Positions 1 to 8,815 of a stretch of 64,000 bases of DNA are shown here, piece by piece (position 1 is the first letter of the stretch; the number at the start of each line of letters is the position of its first letter). The DNA lies in the IMG/VR virus record IMGVR_UViG_3300037010_003311, positions 62,001 to 126,000 of that record; one strand, given 5' to 3'. Made by a program: the position numbers and the translations under genes. Below the pieces are notes generated by a model that was not told where the DNA came from, did no database searches, and saw only the letters and a program-made list of their open reading frames with translations.

Positions 1-2
1 AC

Positions 3-629
3 GTTAGGGATAATGCTGAAGTATATGGTAATGCTCAAGTATACGGTTATGCTATGGTATATGGTAATGCTGAAGCATATCGTTTTGCCAAAGTATATGA
101 TTATACCGAAGTGTATGATAATGCAGAAGTATATGGTAATGCTGAAGTATATTGTGATGCTCGAGTTAGTGGTAATGCTAAGGTGCATGGTAATGCGATG
201 GTATATGGTAATACTCGAGTTAGTGGTAATGTTATGATACATGGTAATGCGATGGTATATGGTAATTCTGAGGTATATGATAGAGCTCAAGTATATGGGG
301 AGGCCCAAGTGTATGATAATGCCAAAGTGTATGGTGATACTTATATATATGATAAAGCCATTATATACGATGATGCTGAAGTGTATGATAATGCTAAAGT
401 ATATGATAATGCCCAAGTGTATGGTTTTGCTGAAGTATATGATAATGCTAAAGTATATGATAGGGCTCAGGTATCTGGTATTGCTGAAGTATATGGTAGG
501 GCTCAGGTATCTGGTATTGCTGAAGTATATGATAGGGCTCAGGTATATGGTATGGCTCAGGTATATGGTTGGGCCAAAGTATATAACGATACTCATGTAT
601 CTGGTTATGATGAAGTCTATAGTGTATGA
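3..629 (+). CDS. Hexapeptide-repeat left-handed beta-helix protein (YdcK-like), copy 1, 5' truncated by window edge
   Basis: Frame open from nt 3; continuous (A/S)xVY(G/D)x hexad repeats; C-terminus VYGMAQVYGWAKVYNDTHVSGYDEVYSV identical to copy 2. Confidence 0.85.
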   Translation, partial: VRDNAEVYGNAQVYGYAMVYGNAEAYRFAKVYDYTEVYDNAEVYGNAEVYCDARVSGNAKVHGNAMVYGNTRVSGNVMIHGNAMVYGNSEVYDRAQVYGEAQVYDNAKVYGDTYIYDKAIIYDDAEVYDNAKVYDNAQVYGFAEVYDNAKVYDRAQVSGIAEVYGRAQVSGIAEVYDRAQVYGMAQVYGWAKVYNDTHVSGYDEVYSV

Positions 630-714
630 TATCAAAGTAATACCATCATATAAACCAAAGTTGCCAATACCGGACCGAGGACATACTACTTCAGAACTTG
701 AAGCTAAGTTATGA
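630..714 (+). pseudogene. Internally deleted remnant of the small gene at 1358-1630
   Basis: Reads SYKPKLPI-PDRGHTTSELEAKL versus SYKPKLPI...PGRGCTTSKLEAKY in 1358-1630; the ATG overlapping the upstream stop is out of frame. Confidence 0.7.
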
Positions 715-725
715 AGATTGAAACG

Positions 726-770
726 AAAGAACTTACCGGATAACCAGGTAAGTTTCCCGGTCGCTAAAAT
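726..770 (+). terminator. Hairpin plus degenerate TCCTGTCG element
   Basis: AACTTACC/GGTAAGTT stem followed by TCCCGGTCGCTAAAA; homologous to 1604-1650. Confidence 0.5.
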
Positions 771-827
771 GTTACAGATTGAAATTTGATACAATATACT
801 AGCGGTCGATCATTAAAAGGAATATAA

Positions 828-1361
828 ATGGTGGAAAAAAAATATAAACTTGGTGAGTCAGAAGAGTTTCCATCTGGAACTCTTTTTAGAGTTATAGCAT
901 TAAAAGATTTTAACGATGTAACTGCTGGTGAAATCGGTGGTTGGATCGAAAAAGAAGATAACCTAGCGCAAGATGGTGACGCTTGGGTCTATGGTGACGC
1001 TATGGTATATGGTGATGCTCGAGTTAGTGATGATGCTCAGGTATATGGTAATGCCCGAGTTAGTGGTGAGGCTCGAGTATATGATAAGGCTCACGTTAAG
1101 GATAATGCTGAAGTATATGGTAATGCTCAAGTATATGGTTATGCTATGGTATATGGTAATGCTGAAGCATATCGTTTTGCCAAAGTATATGATTATGCCG
1201 AAGTATATGATTATGCCGAAGTGTATGATAATGCTCAAGTGTATGATTATGCTGAAGTATATGATAATGCTGAAGTATATGGTATGGCTCAGGTATACGG
1301 TTGGGCCAAAGTATATAACGATACTCATGTATCTGGTTATGATGAAGTATATAGTGTATGA
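828..1361 (+). CDS. Hexapeptide-repeat beta-helix protein (YdcK-like), copy 2
   Basis: N-terminal KYKL..E....LFRVIALKDF.DV..GEIGGWIEKEDNL head then AxVY(G/D) repeats; RBS AAAAGGA. Confidence 0.9.
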   Translation: MVEKKYKLGESEEFPSGTLFRVIALKDFNDVTAGEIGGWIEKEDNLAQDGDAWVYGDAMVYGDARVSDDAQVYGNARVSGEARVYDKAHVKDNAEVYGNAQVYGYAMVYGNAEAYRFAKVYDYAEVYDYAEVYDNAQVYDYAEVYDNAEVYGMAQVYGWAKVYNDTHVSGYDEVYSV

Positions 1362-1630
1362 TGACAAAGTATATGCTATCCTATAAACCAAAGTTACCAA
1401 TACAAGAACTCAGCGAAGAAACTTTTAAAAGGGAATACCTAAGCGAGGATATACTTTACGCTAAGTCATATAATATGTGCGGTGAATGTATTTTCTTTGA
1501 ACCGGGTCGTGGGTGTACTACTTCAAAACTTGAAGCTAAGTACGGGAATAGTCGTACACCAGCCTGCGAAGAATTTAAAATAAAAGGAATGAGCAATGAC
1601 AACGAAAGAGCTTACCGGGATATCCGGTAA
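1358..1630 (+). CDS. Small Cys-rich hypothetical protein
   Basis: ATGA overlap with upstream gene; CGECIFF...C...C motif, similar spacing to CKCCGYF...C...C in 34844-35185. Confidence 0.65.
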   Translation: MMTKYMLSYKPKLPIQELSEETFKREYLSEDILYAKSYNMCGECIFFEPGRGCTTSKLEAKYGNSRTPACEEFKIKGMSNDNERAYRDIR

Positions 1631-1650
1631 GCTCTCCTGTCGCGAAAAAG
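1604..1650 (+). terminator. Hairpin plus TCCTGTCG element
   Basis: Perfect 12-bp AGAGCTTACCGG/CCGGTAAGCTCT stem containing the stop codon, then CTCCTGTCGCGAAAAAG. Confidence 0.6.
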
Positions 1651-1707
1651 AAGACATAATGAAATTGGATATACTATACTATCGTATGATCATTAAAAGG
1701 AATATAA

Positions 1708-2295
1708 ATGGTAGGAAAAAAATATAAACTTGGGGAGTCAGAAGAGTTCTTAGGAAGAACTATTTTTAGAATTATAGCACTAAGAACATTTAATGATGTA
1801 TCTATCGGAGACATTGGTGGATGGGTCGAAAGTGAAAATAACTTAGATCATAATGGTGGTGCCTGGATTTATGGTAATGCTATGGTATATGGTGATACTC
1901 GAGTTAGTTGTAATGCTATGGTATATGGTAATGCTATGGTATATGATAATGCTCAGGTATATGGTGATGCTCAAGTATACGGGGATGCCCAAGTATATGG
2001 TAATGCTCAAGTATATGGTGATTCTCATGTATATGATAAAGCTATTGTATATGATAATGCTGAAGTGTATGATAATGCTCAAGTATATGATTATGCGGAA
2101 GCATATGGTTTTGCGGAAGTATATGGTAATGCTCAAGTATATGGTTATGCTGAAGTATATGATAATGCTAAAGTATATGATAGGGCTGAAGTATACGGTT
2201 TTGTGGAAGTATATGATAGGGCTCAAGTATATGGTTATGCCGAAGTATATAGCGATACTCATGTATATGGTTATGAGGAAGTATATAGTGTATGA
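1708..2295 (+). CDS. Hexapeptide-repeat beta-helix protein (YdcK-like), copy 3
   Basis: Same head domain and repeats as copy 2; near-identical upstream GATCATTAAAAGGAATATAAATGG. Confidence 0.9.
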   Translation: MVGKKYKLGESEEFLGRTIFRIIALRTFNDVSIGDIGGWVESENNLDHNGGAWIYGNAMVYGDTRVSCNAMVYGNAMVYDNAQVYGDAQVYGDAQVYGNAQVYGDSHVYDKAIVYDNAEVYDNAQVYDYAEAYGFAEVYGNAQVYGYAEVYDNAKVYDRAEVYGFVEVYDRAQVYGYAEVYSDTHVYGYEEVYSV

Positions 2296-2445
2296 GTCAG
2301 AGATAGTATAACTAGTTTAGATTGGTCTGCTAGTTCTATCAATTCAATGAATTGGCCAGAGGCCGTAAATTATGCTAAAAGTTTAGTTGCCCCAGTGTAT
2401 TATAAAGGGCAAGGAATAATAAAATTAAAAAAGGATATCAAATGA
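2296..2445 (+). pseudogene. DUF1566 (Lcl C-terminal)-like remnant, in frame after the copy 3 TGA
   Basis: VRDSITSLDW...MNWPEAVNYAKSL resembles the D..TGL.W...MTW.EA..YC..L start of DUF1566; no in-frame start before the motif; ends in ATGA overlap with the next gene. Confidence 0.55.
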
Positions 2446-2741
2446 GTTTATACCAAGAATTACTACAAAATCCTCCAGCTATAAAAATAAAAGATAATGC
2501 TAAAGAAGTCGTTTTTACAACAATATCGTGTATGTGTGATAATATACATTATCTTAATTTTAAAAAGAATGAAGCCGGGGAATTTAAAGTATCTGGTCGC
2601 AAATTTGCTTTAAGCAATTGGCAAATGAAAGATGACTACCTAACTGATTTAGGTTGGGCAGCAGATGATGAGGACTGGGATGAAGTTATCAGAATTATTA
2701 ATTCTGGTACAGAATTAGTACAATCTGCGAAATGTAGATAA
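2442..2741 (+). CDS. Hypothetical protein
   Basis: RBS AAAGGA, 99 aa ORF, coupled to the next gene. Confidence 0.75.
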   Translation: MSLYQELLQNPPAIKIKDNAKEVVFTTISCMCDNIHYLNFKKNEAGEFKVSGRKFALSNWQMKDDYLTDLGWAADDEDWDEVIRIINSGTELVQSAKCR

Positions 2742-2959
2742 TGAAAAATCATAAAATGAAGAATACAATTTATTTAATTAAATGCGAAGCTTCCAATCAA
2801 TATTATAATGGAAAAAGTTTGGATGGAGAAGTCATTACTGATAAGCATTTTGGTGGTATACTTGATGCGATGCAATTTATGTCTTATGATAGTGCTCTTG
2901 AAGTTATATCTAACACAAGTGTAAGTTTTTTAACGATTATACAAACTTATGAGGATTAG
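2741..2959 (+). CDS. Hypothetical protein
   Basis: 72 aa ORF, TAATG stop/start overlap. Confidence 0.65.
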   Translation: MKNHKMKNTIYLIKCEASNQYYNGKSLDGEVITDKHFGGILDAMQFMSYDSALEVISNTSVSFLTIIQTYED

Positions 2960-3019
2960 AAATGGAGAAACCATCAAAAATTATTGGCGATAATTTTATT
3001 AAATTACAGGAGAATCAAA

Positions 3020-3271
3020 ATGAAAAATGATATTAGACCATTAACTAGAACTGAGATATTTAATCATTTAGTTGTCGAGTACCAATTAAGATTTAGTCTT
3101 CAAAGTATGAATCCGGATAGCCCGGATAAGGTAATGGCAATGGCTCAACGTAAAGCAATAACTAGAGCAGTAAGAGAAACTTGGTACTGGTTTAATAATC
3201 AGGAAAAGTTTTTAAAGGCTTTAAAGTTTATTGTTCCAGAAACTGATTTAAAAATCAAAACTAACGACTAA
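3020..3271 (+). CDS. Hypothetical protein
   Basis: Start moved from 2984 to ATG 3020 because AGGAG lies just upstream. Confidence 0.7.
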   Translation: MKNDIRPLTRTEIFNHLVVEYQLRFSLQSMNPDSPDKVMAMAQRKAITRAVRETWYWFNNQEKFLKALKFIVPETDLKIKTND

Positions 3272-3281
3272 AGAGTTAACG

Positions 3282-3512
3282 ATGAATGAGACTGATATAA
3301 TCCCAACCACTATTGCATTATCAGTTAAACTGATAGATGACAAGGAATTACAAATTAGTACTTTAATAGGCGATCGTACTATATCGATTCAAAAATATAT
3401 AGTTGATCAAATGGATAAAATAATTTTGGATGCTATATCTACTAATCAATTGATATTATTGCAGGCGCGGATATCTGAAGAATTATTATCTCGAGAATAT
3501 AAAAAGGAATAA
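3282..3512 (+). CDS. Hypothetical protein
   Basis: 76 aa ORF in a tightly packed run. Confidence 0.6.
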   Translation: MNETDIIPTTIALSVKLIDDKELQISTLIGDRTISIQKYIVDQMDKIILDAISTNQLILLQARISEELLSREYKKE

Positions 3513-3513
3513 T

Positions 3514-3885
3514 ATGGAATATATCTATAAATATAATACCGAAGATAATAGGTTTAGTAAAGAACCAGTAGTTGTATCAGATAAGCGAGAACTAGATAAA
3601 GGAACTGAAATCCCTCTCACAGTTTTACCATTTGATAACTATGACTTTGATTCATATTCAATGACTAATACTGAACTAAAAAAAGCAATACTTGAAAATT
3701 TCAAGCGAAGTGATCCAGCCTTCCCAACCCAAATACCGTGGAATAATTATGAGACTTTAATTGGTCTTATTGTTGCCGCTGGTGATTTATGTCGATCTAA
3801 TGATTATATCTTGGATATTAGTAGTCAGACTATTGAGCATTTGGCTGAACTTTTAAGACGTCAGATAGTTAATTTGGTTAGTTAG
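3514..3885 (+). CDS. Hypothetical protein
   Basis: RBS AAGGA, 123 aa ORF. Confidence 0.7.
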   Translation: MEYIYKYNTEDNRFSKEPVVVSDKRELDKGTEIPLTVLPFDNYDFDSYSMTNTELKKAILENFKRSDPAFPTQIPWNNYETLIGLIVAAGDLCRSNDYILDISSQTIEHLAELLRRQIVNLVS

Positions 3886-3960
3886 ACCACAAGTTTAAAA
3901 TAGGTACCCCATGTCGGGGCGAACAATATAAAACAAAAACATTAAAATAAAGGTTAAAGA

Positions 3961-6900
3961 ATGATAATCCCAGAAGTAAAATCAAGTACAATAACAAACT
4001 CAGTTGCACTTAAAAGTGTCGAATTTAGTATTACTAATAATGAGGAAGAGATTAAAAAATTGATGGGGATCTTAACATACGATCTCTACAAAAATAAACC
4101 AGGTGCTGTAATCAGAGAGCTTAGTACTAACTGTATTGATGCTCATAAGCTTGTGGCTAATGAATTAAAGTCCGGGCATATTGGATCAAAAACACCATTT
4201 GCTATCATACTCCCAAGTGATTATAATAATAACTTTTTAACTATCCGCGATTTTGGACCAGGGTTAACAGAAGAAGAAATGTTTACTATTTATCCAACAT
4301 ATGGGAGCAGTACGAAAGAGAATACTAATGATTATACTGGTTGTTTAGGACTAGGTAGTAAATCGCCGCTAGCAATCAGTCCAGACTTCTTAGTTACAAG
4401 TTATAATAACAATAAGGTTGCCGTATATAAAACTCAGATGAACGATGGTAAAACAAACTTAGATCTTCGTTGGACGGATTCGGTAATTAATGCGGAAATT
4501 GTAGATGATGTTACAATTGTAGATGATGTTACAATTGAACCAGAAGAGAATAAGCTTATTTTTAAAAATGATTATGCTCAATACTTCTGGTATAAAAATC
4601 ATATCCAGATGAATATAACACATAATAATTTTTTAATGATTGCTATCAATCTTAAAAATTTTTATAATATTGGGAACACTTTATCATATATCTTTATTTT
4701 AAGAACTGCTGATACTATTAACCATTATAAATTGGTCTTTAATATTAATAAATTAAATGAAGATGATTTAGATCAGAATAAAACATTTAATTATTATATA
4801 ACCGACCAGGATGATAATAAAATATTTTCTGGTGCCGAATCTAATATTTTAGATTACGATGATCTATCAGTTGTTGAGCAAAAAAATTATCATAATAATT
4901 TTAGTTTCTTTGGTATTAATCTTTTAGATATTTTACCAGAATTATCGGATAATAATTTAACTGGTTATATCTTCGAAGAAATATTTAAACCAGACGAAAC
5001 CAAGTTCCGAATTTTAAACGACGAAGAAATAAATGCGTTGGATATTACCGAACGTAGGGAATACAAACATAAATTAAAAGAATACGAGCTAAAGGAAGAT
5101 GCTCGTATAAAGAATGCTTTATTATATAGTTCTAGTTTTAATTCTGGTCTTAAAATTGAAGTACCAATTAGTGAACAATATAAGTCACAATTACTGAATG
5201 AAATTGAAAGACAATTATTATTCTTTGAGACTAAACCATATATAATTGAGTATACTAATTTTGGACCAATGGTTCATGAGTTGGTGGCCTACCAAGAGGT
5301 ATTACAACAATATTTTATTGAGTTTGTTCCAAACTTTTACCTTTCTGAAAAAAAAATATTAGATGGTAATATTTGGTGGATGGATAAAAAATATTCTGAT
5401 TTTATAAGTGCATATTCTAAAGTTACAAATCGTGGAGAAAATCTTTTATTAGTACAAGGTAATGTGACTTACCCGATTGATCTCCAAGCTATGATAGATA
5501 CACTTAAATCGGCTAGTCGGGATCCAAGATTTGAGATTGAAAGCGAATACTTACCGATAGTAGAAGCTTTAAGAACTGGTTACTACAATAGTATAGATGT
5601 AACATCTTTCCGCAACTTTTTCTGTGGAGTAATGTTTTTTGATATTGGTGAGATAAATTTTCATCCATCTCGCGAAAGCTTAAATTATGATATAACTACT
5701 AGTTTAAAAATATTTGATAAAATTGTACAAGTAATAAAACTAGTAGGAACCAAAATGATGGATACATTAAATGCGTGCATAGATGATATACATTTGGCTG
5801 GGGTAAAATATAACATTGGTAATCAAACTAATCTGATGTTTGAAAATGATAAGTATTTTGGGCCAACGAGATTAAATCTTATTGGTAATATTTTTCCAAA
5901 AATTTTACTAAATATTACTCCGGAAAAAACGGTTCTTGAAAAATTAAAAGAATTATATAAACCAGGCGAAAAATTAGTACAACTTACTACTACGAAGCGA
6001 GACCCCGGTAGTGAAAATCCAGAAATTGGTAAAGTGACTTCTAATAGGGCCAGTAACTATAAGGTTGCGACAGGTTATAATTTTGAGAACGCTTTATTAA
6101 CCGCTCCATTATCCACAGTATTAGTATTTGTCGATTCTTGGAAGAGTCGAAAAAATTTTATGGAACACTATATCGACATTATAAATTATTATATTGGTAA
6201 AGCTAAAACCGAAGACCAGGAAGCAGTAGCGGACTATCACGAAAAGAATCCAGATACTCTATATGAAGACGCACCCAGAAAGCATTGTAAAGTAATAGGT
6301 TCATCTAGCATTCAATTGGTAGAATGTAAAGTGCAAGGGCTACCAACCCTAACATCTATTGATAATCCTAATTATGGTTTATTCCAACCTATTTTTATTA
6401 ACCGCGAGCACCTAAAAGATGAAAACATTAGTCCAGAAGATTTTATGAAAGCACTTGGTATGGCATCATATAATGATATATATCCTCGCGCATTTAATTT
6501 AAAAGATGAAATAGCTAATCTTATTAAAATTGGTAAAGCTTCTTTACCAGAAAAAACTAGATCTTCAACTGCTGGGATACAAAAGGCTATTGGTACTATT
6601 AAAATAGACACGATTGGAAAATCTTCGTTATCCTTCTCAGAGTCTAATCTTTATTATAAGAAAAAACTAAGGGATGAGCAATTGGTTGAGATATTTGATA
6701 AAATTTTGGCCGCAAATAGTAATCCAGATTTAACTTCTATCAATAAAACAATAATAATTCTACCTTTAAATAAACGTGGAGAACGTACCAAAATTAATCA
6801 CCAATTCTTTAATTTGTATAATCATGAGAATCATAGTAGCGAAATTTATAACTTAATGTTAGTAAGTAAGTTTGATTCTTTCGCTACTAGACCAGATGGC

Positions 6901-8022
6901 GCTAATAATAATCATTATGTAATTAGCATTAATGAAAATATGTTTGAACAGGTGCGTGATGAATTAAATGTTCTAGCTAATAATACAAAGTATCTGGCTG
7001 GAGGTATTAAGATTTTAGATATTAATGCACCGGAAACGATTGATGTATTTTTTGATCATATCGTTAAAACATATAGCAAAAAGGTTATTGATATTACTCA
7101 AGTTGGTGAAATCATGATTGATCCACGTTATATTTATAATAGGTTAAATACTCATTTAAATAAAATATTTACTAATATCACGGAATATGAAAATTTTAAA
7201 CATAATCCATATCCTAGGCTGATAAAAGAATTTTACTTTTCTTGGTATGTATTGCATAATACTGTTTTAAATAACGAACAATCGCAGTTAAATAGACATA
7301 CGACTCTAATTCTGAAAATTTTCTTATATAAAGCTTCGGATATTGCTTTACCTCAAGAAATAATAAATAATATCACATTTGATATATATACTAAATCTAT
7401 ATATGGTTCTAATAAAAACAGAACATTAATTTTAGAACATATATTAAAAAAGTATAATGAAATCAAACCAAAATTTATTCAAATCTCGAATAATAATATA
7501 TTTGATTTAAATCGTTTGGAATATAATAGTTCCGGTATTAATAAAAATGAGTATAAGTACCCATTATTGAATAATATTCTACATGTTATTAGTAATAAAT
7601 CAATACTTGACCTTAAAAAGAATAATACAAATTTTGATAAATTGGTCAATCGGTTTGAAAAAATTAACCCGAATATTTATCGTAACGTAGAAAATGTTTT
7701 AACTAACTATCTAAAAGTATATGTTGAGGATTTCATGAATATCGAACACAATATAAATTTTTTAGATTTTGATAAAACCGGAACATTACTAAGTAATGGG
7801 GAAATGCAATATAAAATACTAGCTAGTACTTCGATTAACCGATTACAGAATCAAGAGACTAAAAATAAAAAATTGAAGAGTTTAATCTTTGGGAAGGAAT
7901 ATAAAAAGCAAAAACAACTAGCAATGAAAGTAATTGCCGACATGTATGAAGAAGTTGTTGAACAAACCGATCAAGAATGTAGTATCCAAAGCGGGGACAG
8001 TTGCAGCACATCTGCTGCATAA
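3961..8022 (+). CDS. rIIA: rIIA-like protein with N-terminal GHKL (HSP90-like) ATPase
   Basis: LYKNKPGAVIRELSTNCIDAH, IRDFGPGL, YGSSTKENTNDYTGCLGLGSKSP; later YPID and GEINFHPSRESLNY motifs. Confidence 0.85.
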   Translation: MIIPEVKSSTITNSVALKSVEFSITNNEEEIKKLMGILTYDLYKNKPGAVIRELSTNCIDAHKLVANELKSGHIGSKTPFAIILPSDYNNNFLTIRDFGPGLTEEEMFTIYPTYGSSTKENTNDYTGCLGLGSKSPLAISPDFLVTSYNNNKVAVYKTQMNDGKTNLDLRWTDSVINAEIVDDVTIVDDVTIEPEENKLIFKNDYAQYFWYKNHIQMNITHNNFLMIAINLKNFYNIGNTLSYIFILRTADTINHYKLVFNINKLNEDDLDQNKTFNYYITDQDDNKIFSGAESNILDYDDLSVVEQKNYHNNFSFFGINLLDILPELSDNNLTGYIFEEIFKPDETKFRILNDEEINALDITERREYKHKLKEYELKEDARIKNALLYSSSFNSGLKIEVPISEQYKSQLLNEIERQLLFFETKPYIIEYTNFGPMVHELVAYQEVLQQYFIEFVPNFYLSEKKILDGNIWWMDKKYSDFISAYSKVTNRGENLLLVQGNVTYPIDLQAMIDTLKSASRDPRFEIESEYLPIVEALRTGYYNSIDVTSFRNFFCGVMFFDIGEINFHPSRESLNYDITTSLKIFDKIVQVIKLVGTKMMDTLNACIDDIHLAGVKYNIGNQTNLMFENDKYFGPTRLNLIGNIFPKILLNITPEKTVLEKLKELYKPGEKLVQLTTTKRDPGSENPEIGKVTSNRASNYKVATGYNFENALLTAPLSTVLVFVDSWKSRKNFMEHYIDIINYYIGKAKTEDQEAVADYHEKNPDTLYEDAPRKHCKVIGSSSIQLVECKVQGLPTLTSIDNPNYGLFQPIFINREHLKDENISPEDFMKALGMASYNDIYPRAFNLKDEIANLIKIGKASLPEKTRSSTAGIQKAIGTIKIDTIGKSSLSFSESNLYYKKKLRDEQLVEIFDKILAANSNPDLTSINKTIIILPLNKRGERTKINHQFFNLYNHENHSSEIYNLMLVSKFDSFATRPDGANNNHYVISINENMFEQVRDELNVLANNTKYLAGGIKILDINAPETIDVFFDHIVKTYSKKVIDITQVGEIMIDPRYIYNRLNTHLNKIFTNITEYENFKHNPYPRLIKEFYFSWYVLHNTVLNNEQSQLNRHTTLILKIFLYKASDIALPQEIINNITFDIYTKSIYGSNKNRTLILEHILKKYNEIKPKFIQISNNNIFDLNRLEYNSSGINKNEYKYPLLNNILHVISNKSILDLKKNNTNFDKLVNRFEKINPNIYRNVENVLTNYLKVYVEDFMNIEHNINFLDFDKTGTLLSNGEMQYKILASTSINRLQNQETKNKKLKSLIFGKEYKKQKQLAMKVIADMYEEVVEQTDQECSIQSGDSCSTSAA
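4498..4537 (+). repeat. 18-bp perfect tandem duplication inside rIIA
   Basis: ATTGTAGATGATGTTACA x2 + ATTG, encoding IVDDVTIVDDVTI. Confidence 0.95.
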
Positions 8023-8025
8023 GGT

Positions 8026-8127
8026 ATGAAAAAAATCAATGAAGTTGAAAATTTAAGAATACGAATATATGTAACTAAAGTGGCCGAAATAGTAGGTATA
8101 GTAATCTTACTATTTCTTATAATATAG
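8026..8127 (+). CDS. 33-aa putative single-pass membrane peptide (not in ORF track)
   Basis: MKKINEVENLRIRIYVTKVAEIVGIVILLFLII*; basic N-terminus, hydrophobic C-terminus; fills the gap after rIIA. Confidence 0.5.
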   Translation: MKKINEVENLRIRIYVTKVAEIVGIVILLFLII

Positions 8128-8131
8128 AAAT
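8121..8131 (+). promoter_or_regulatory. AATATAGAAAT motif (putative phage promoter)
   Basis: Exact 11-mer about 80 nt upstream of the thyX/queD operon; recurs at other operon starts. Confidence 0.6.
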
Positions 8132-8212
8132 CAATTAGTATCTTAGGAAGCAGAAAATTATTTCAGTATTTTAAGATGCTAAAAATAAAGAAAAGAGTAA
8201 AGGAGAAAACGA

Positions 8213-8815
8213 ATGGCCATAGATTCCAGGAAACAAACTGAAGCGGTACCAACAACAATACTAAAACCGGTAAAGTTGATAACTAGTACTCCATTAGATA
8301 TTTGCTCAAGAGCGATTAGAACTTGTTGGCAAAGTCATGAAAAATCTGATTCTGAACAAGTAATGTATTGTGAAAAGTGTAATCACTACTATACTGATTT
8401 AGATACTAAAAAGTGCAACTGTGGTAATACGATTTTAATCAAGCAAACATATTGTGGTGAAAAAGATAAAGAACTCATCGATCGGATTGGTAATAAATTT
8501 AAGCATGCTAGTACTTTAGAACACTTGATTATGACATTTAGTATTGATTTTGATTTAATGGCATATATGCAGATGAATGAAAATAAATACATAGTATATA
8601 ACTTTCCAGTATTAACTTTAAATTTACGATCGTTTATAGATATGCTAGAACTTGGGTTAAAACATCCTAGTGTATATGAGGCTAGAAATAAAAGCTTGCT
8701 ACAAATGTATAACGTTTTTCCAAAAGACTATAAATATTTGGTCGAGGAACGGATTTCACATTTAATAGGGCTTCTAGCTTTTAATACTAAACCAGAAGGG
8801 GTTACAAATGCCTAA
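8213..8815 (+). CDS. ThyX-like protein, part A (N-terminal motifs, Zn-ribbon insertion)
   Basis: TPLDICSRAIRTCWQSHEKSD and GEKDKELIDRIGNKFKHASTLEHL closely match the Campylobacter-type ThyX N-terminus; CEKC...CNC insertion; lacks RHR motif. Confidence 0.75.
   Translation: MAIDSRKQTEAVPTTILKPVKLITSTPLDICSRAIRTCWQSHEKSDSEQVMYCEKCNHYYTDLDTKKCNCGNTILIKQTYCGEKDKELIDRIGNKFKHASTLEHLIMTFSIDFDLMAYMQMNENKYIVYNFPVLTLNLRSFIDMLELGLKHPSVYEARNKSLLQMYNVFPKDYKYLVEERISHLIGLLAFNTKPEGVTNA

Noticed and set aside
1-2295. Diversity-generating retroelement TR/VR pair
   Set aside because: Differences between repeat copies are ordinary transitions at A, G, C and T rather than adenine-specific, and no reverse transcriptase is in the window
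13-2311. Overlapping alternative-frame and antisense ORFs (13-237, 241-714, 963-1400, 973-1386, 1843-2262, 1853-2311)
   Set aside because: Shadows of the 18-nt repeat, which lacks stops in other frames; M/Y/I-rich nonsense sequence without RBS
4480-5150. Intein in the rIIA insertion
   Set aside because: Ends in FN-S but lacks penultimate His, block A/B motifs and any endonuclease motif
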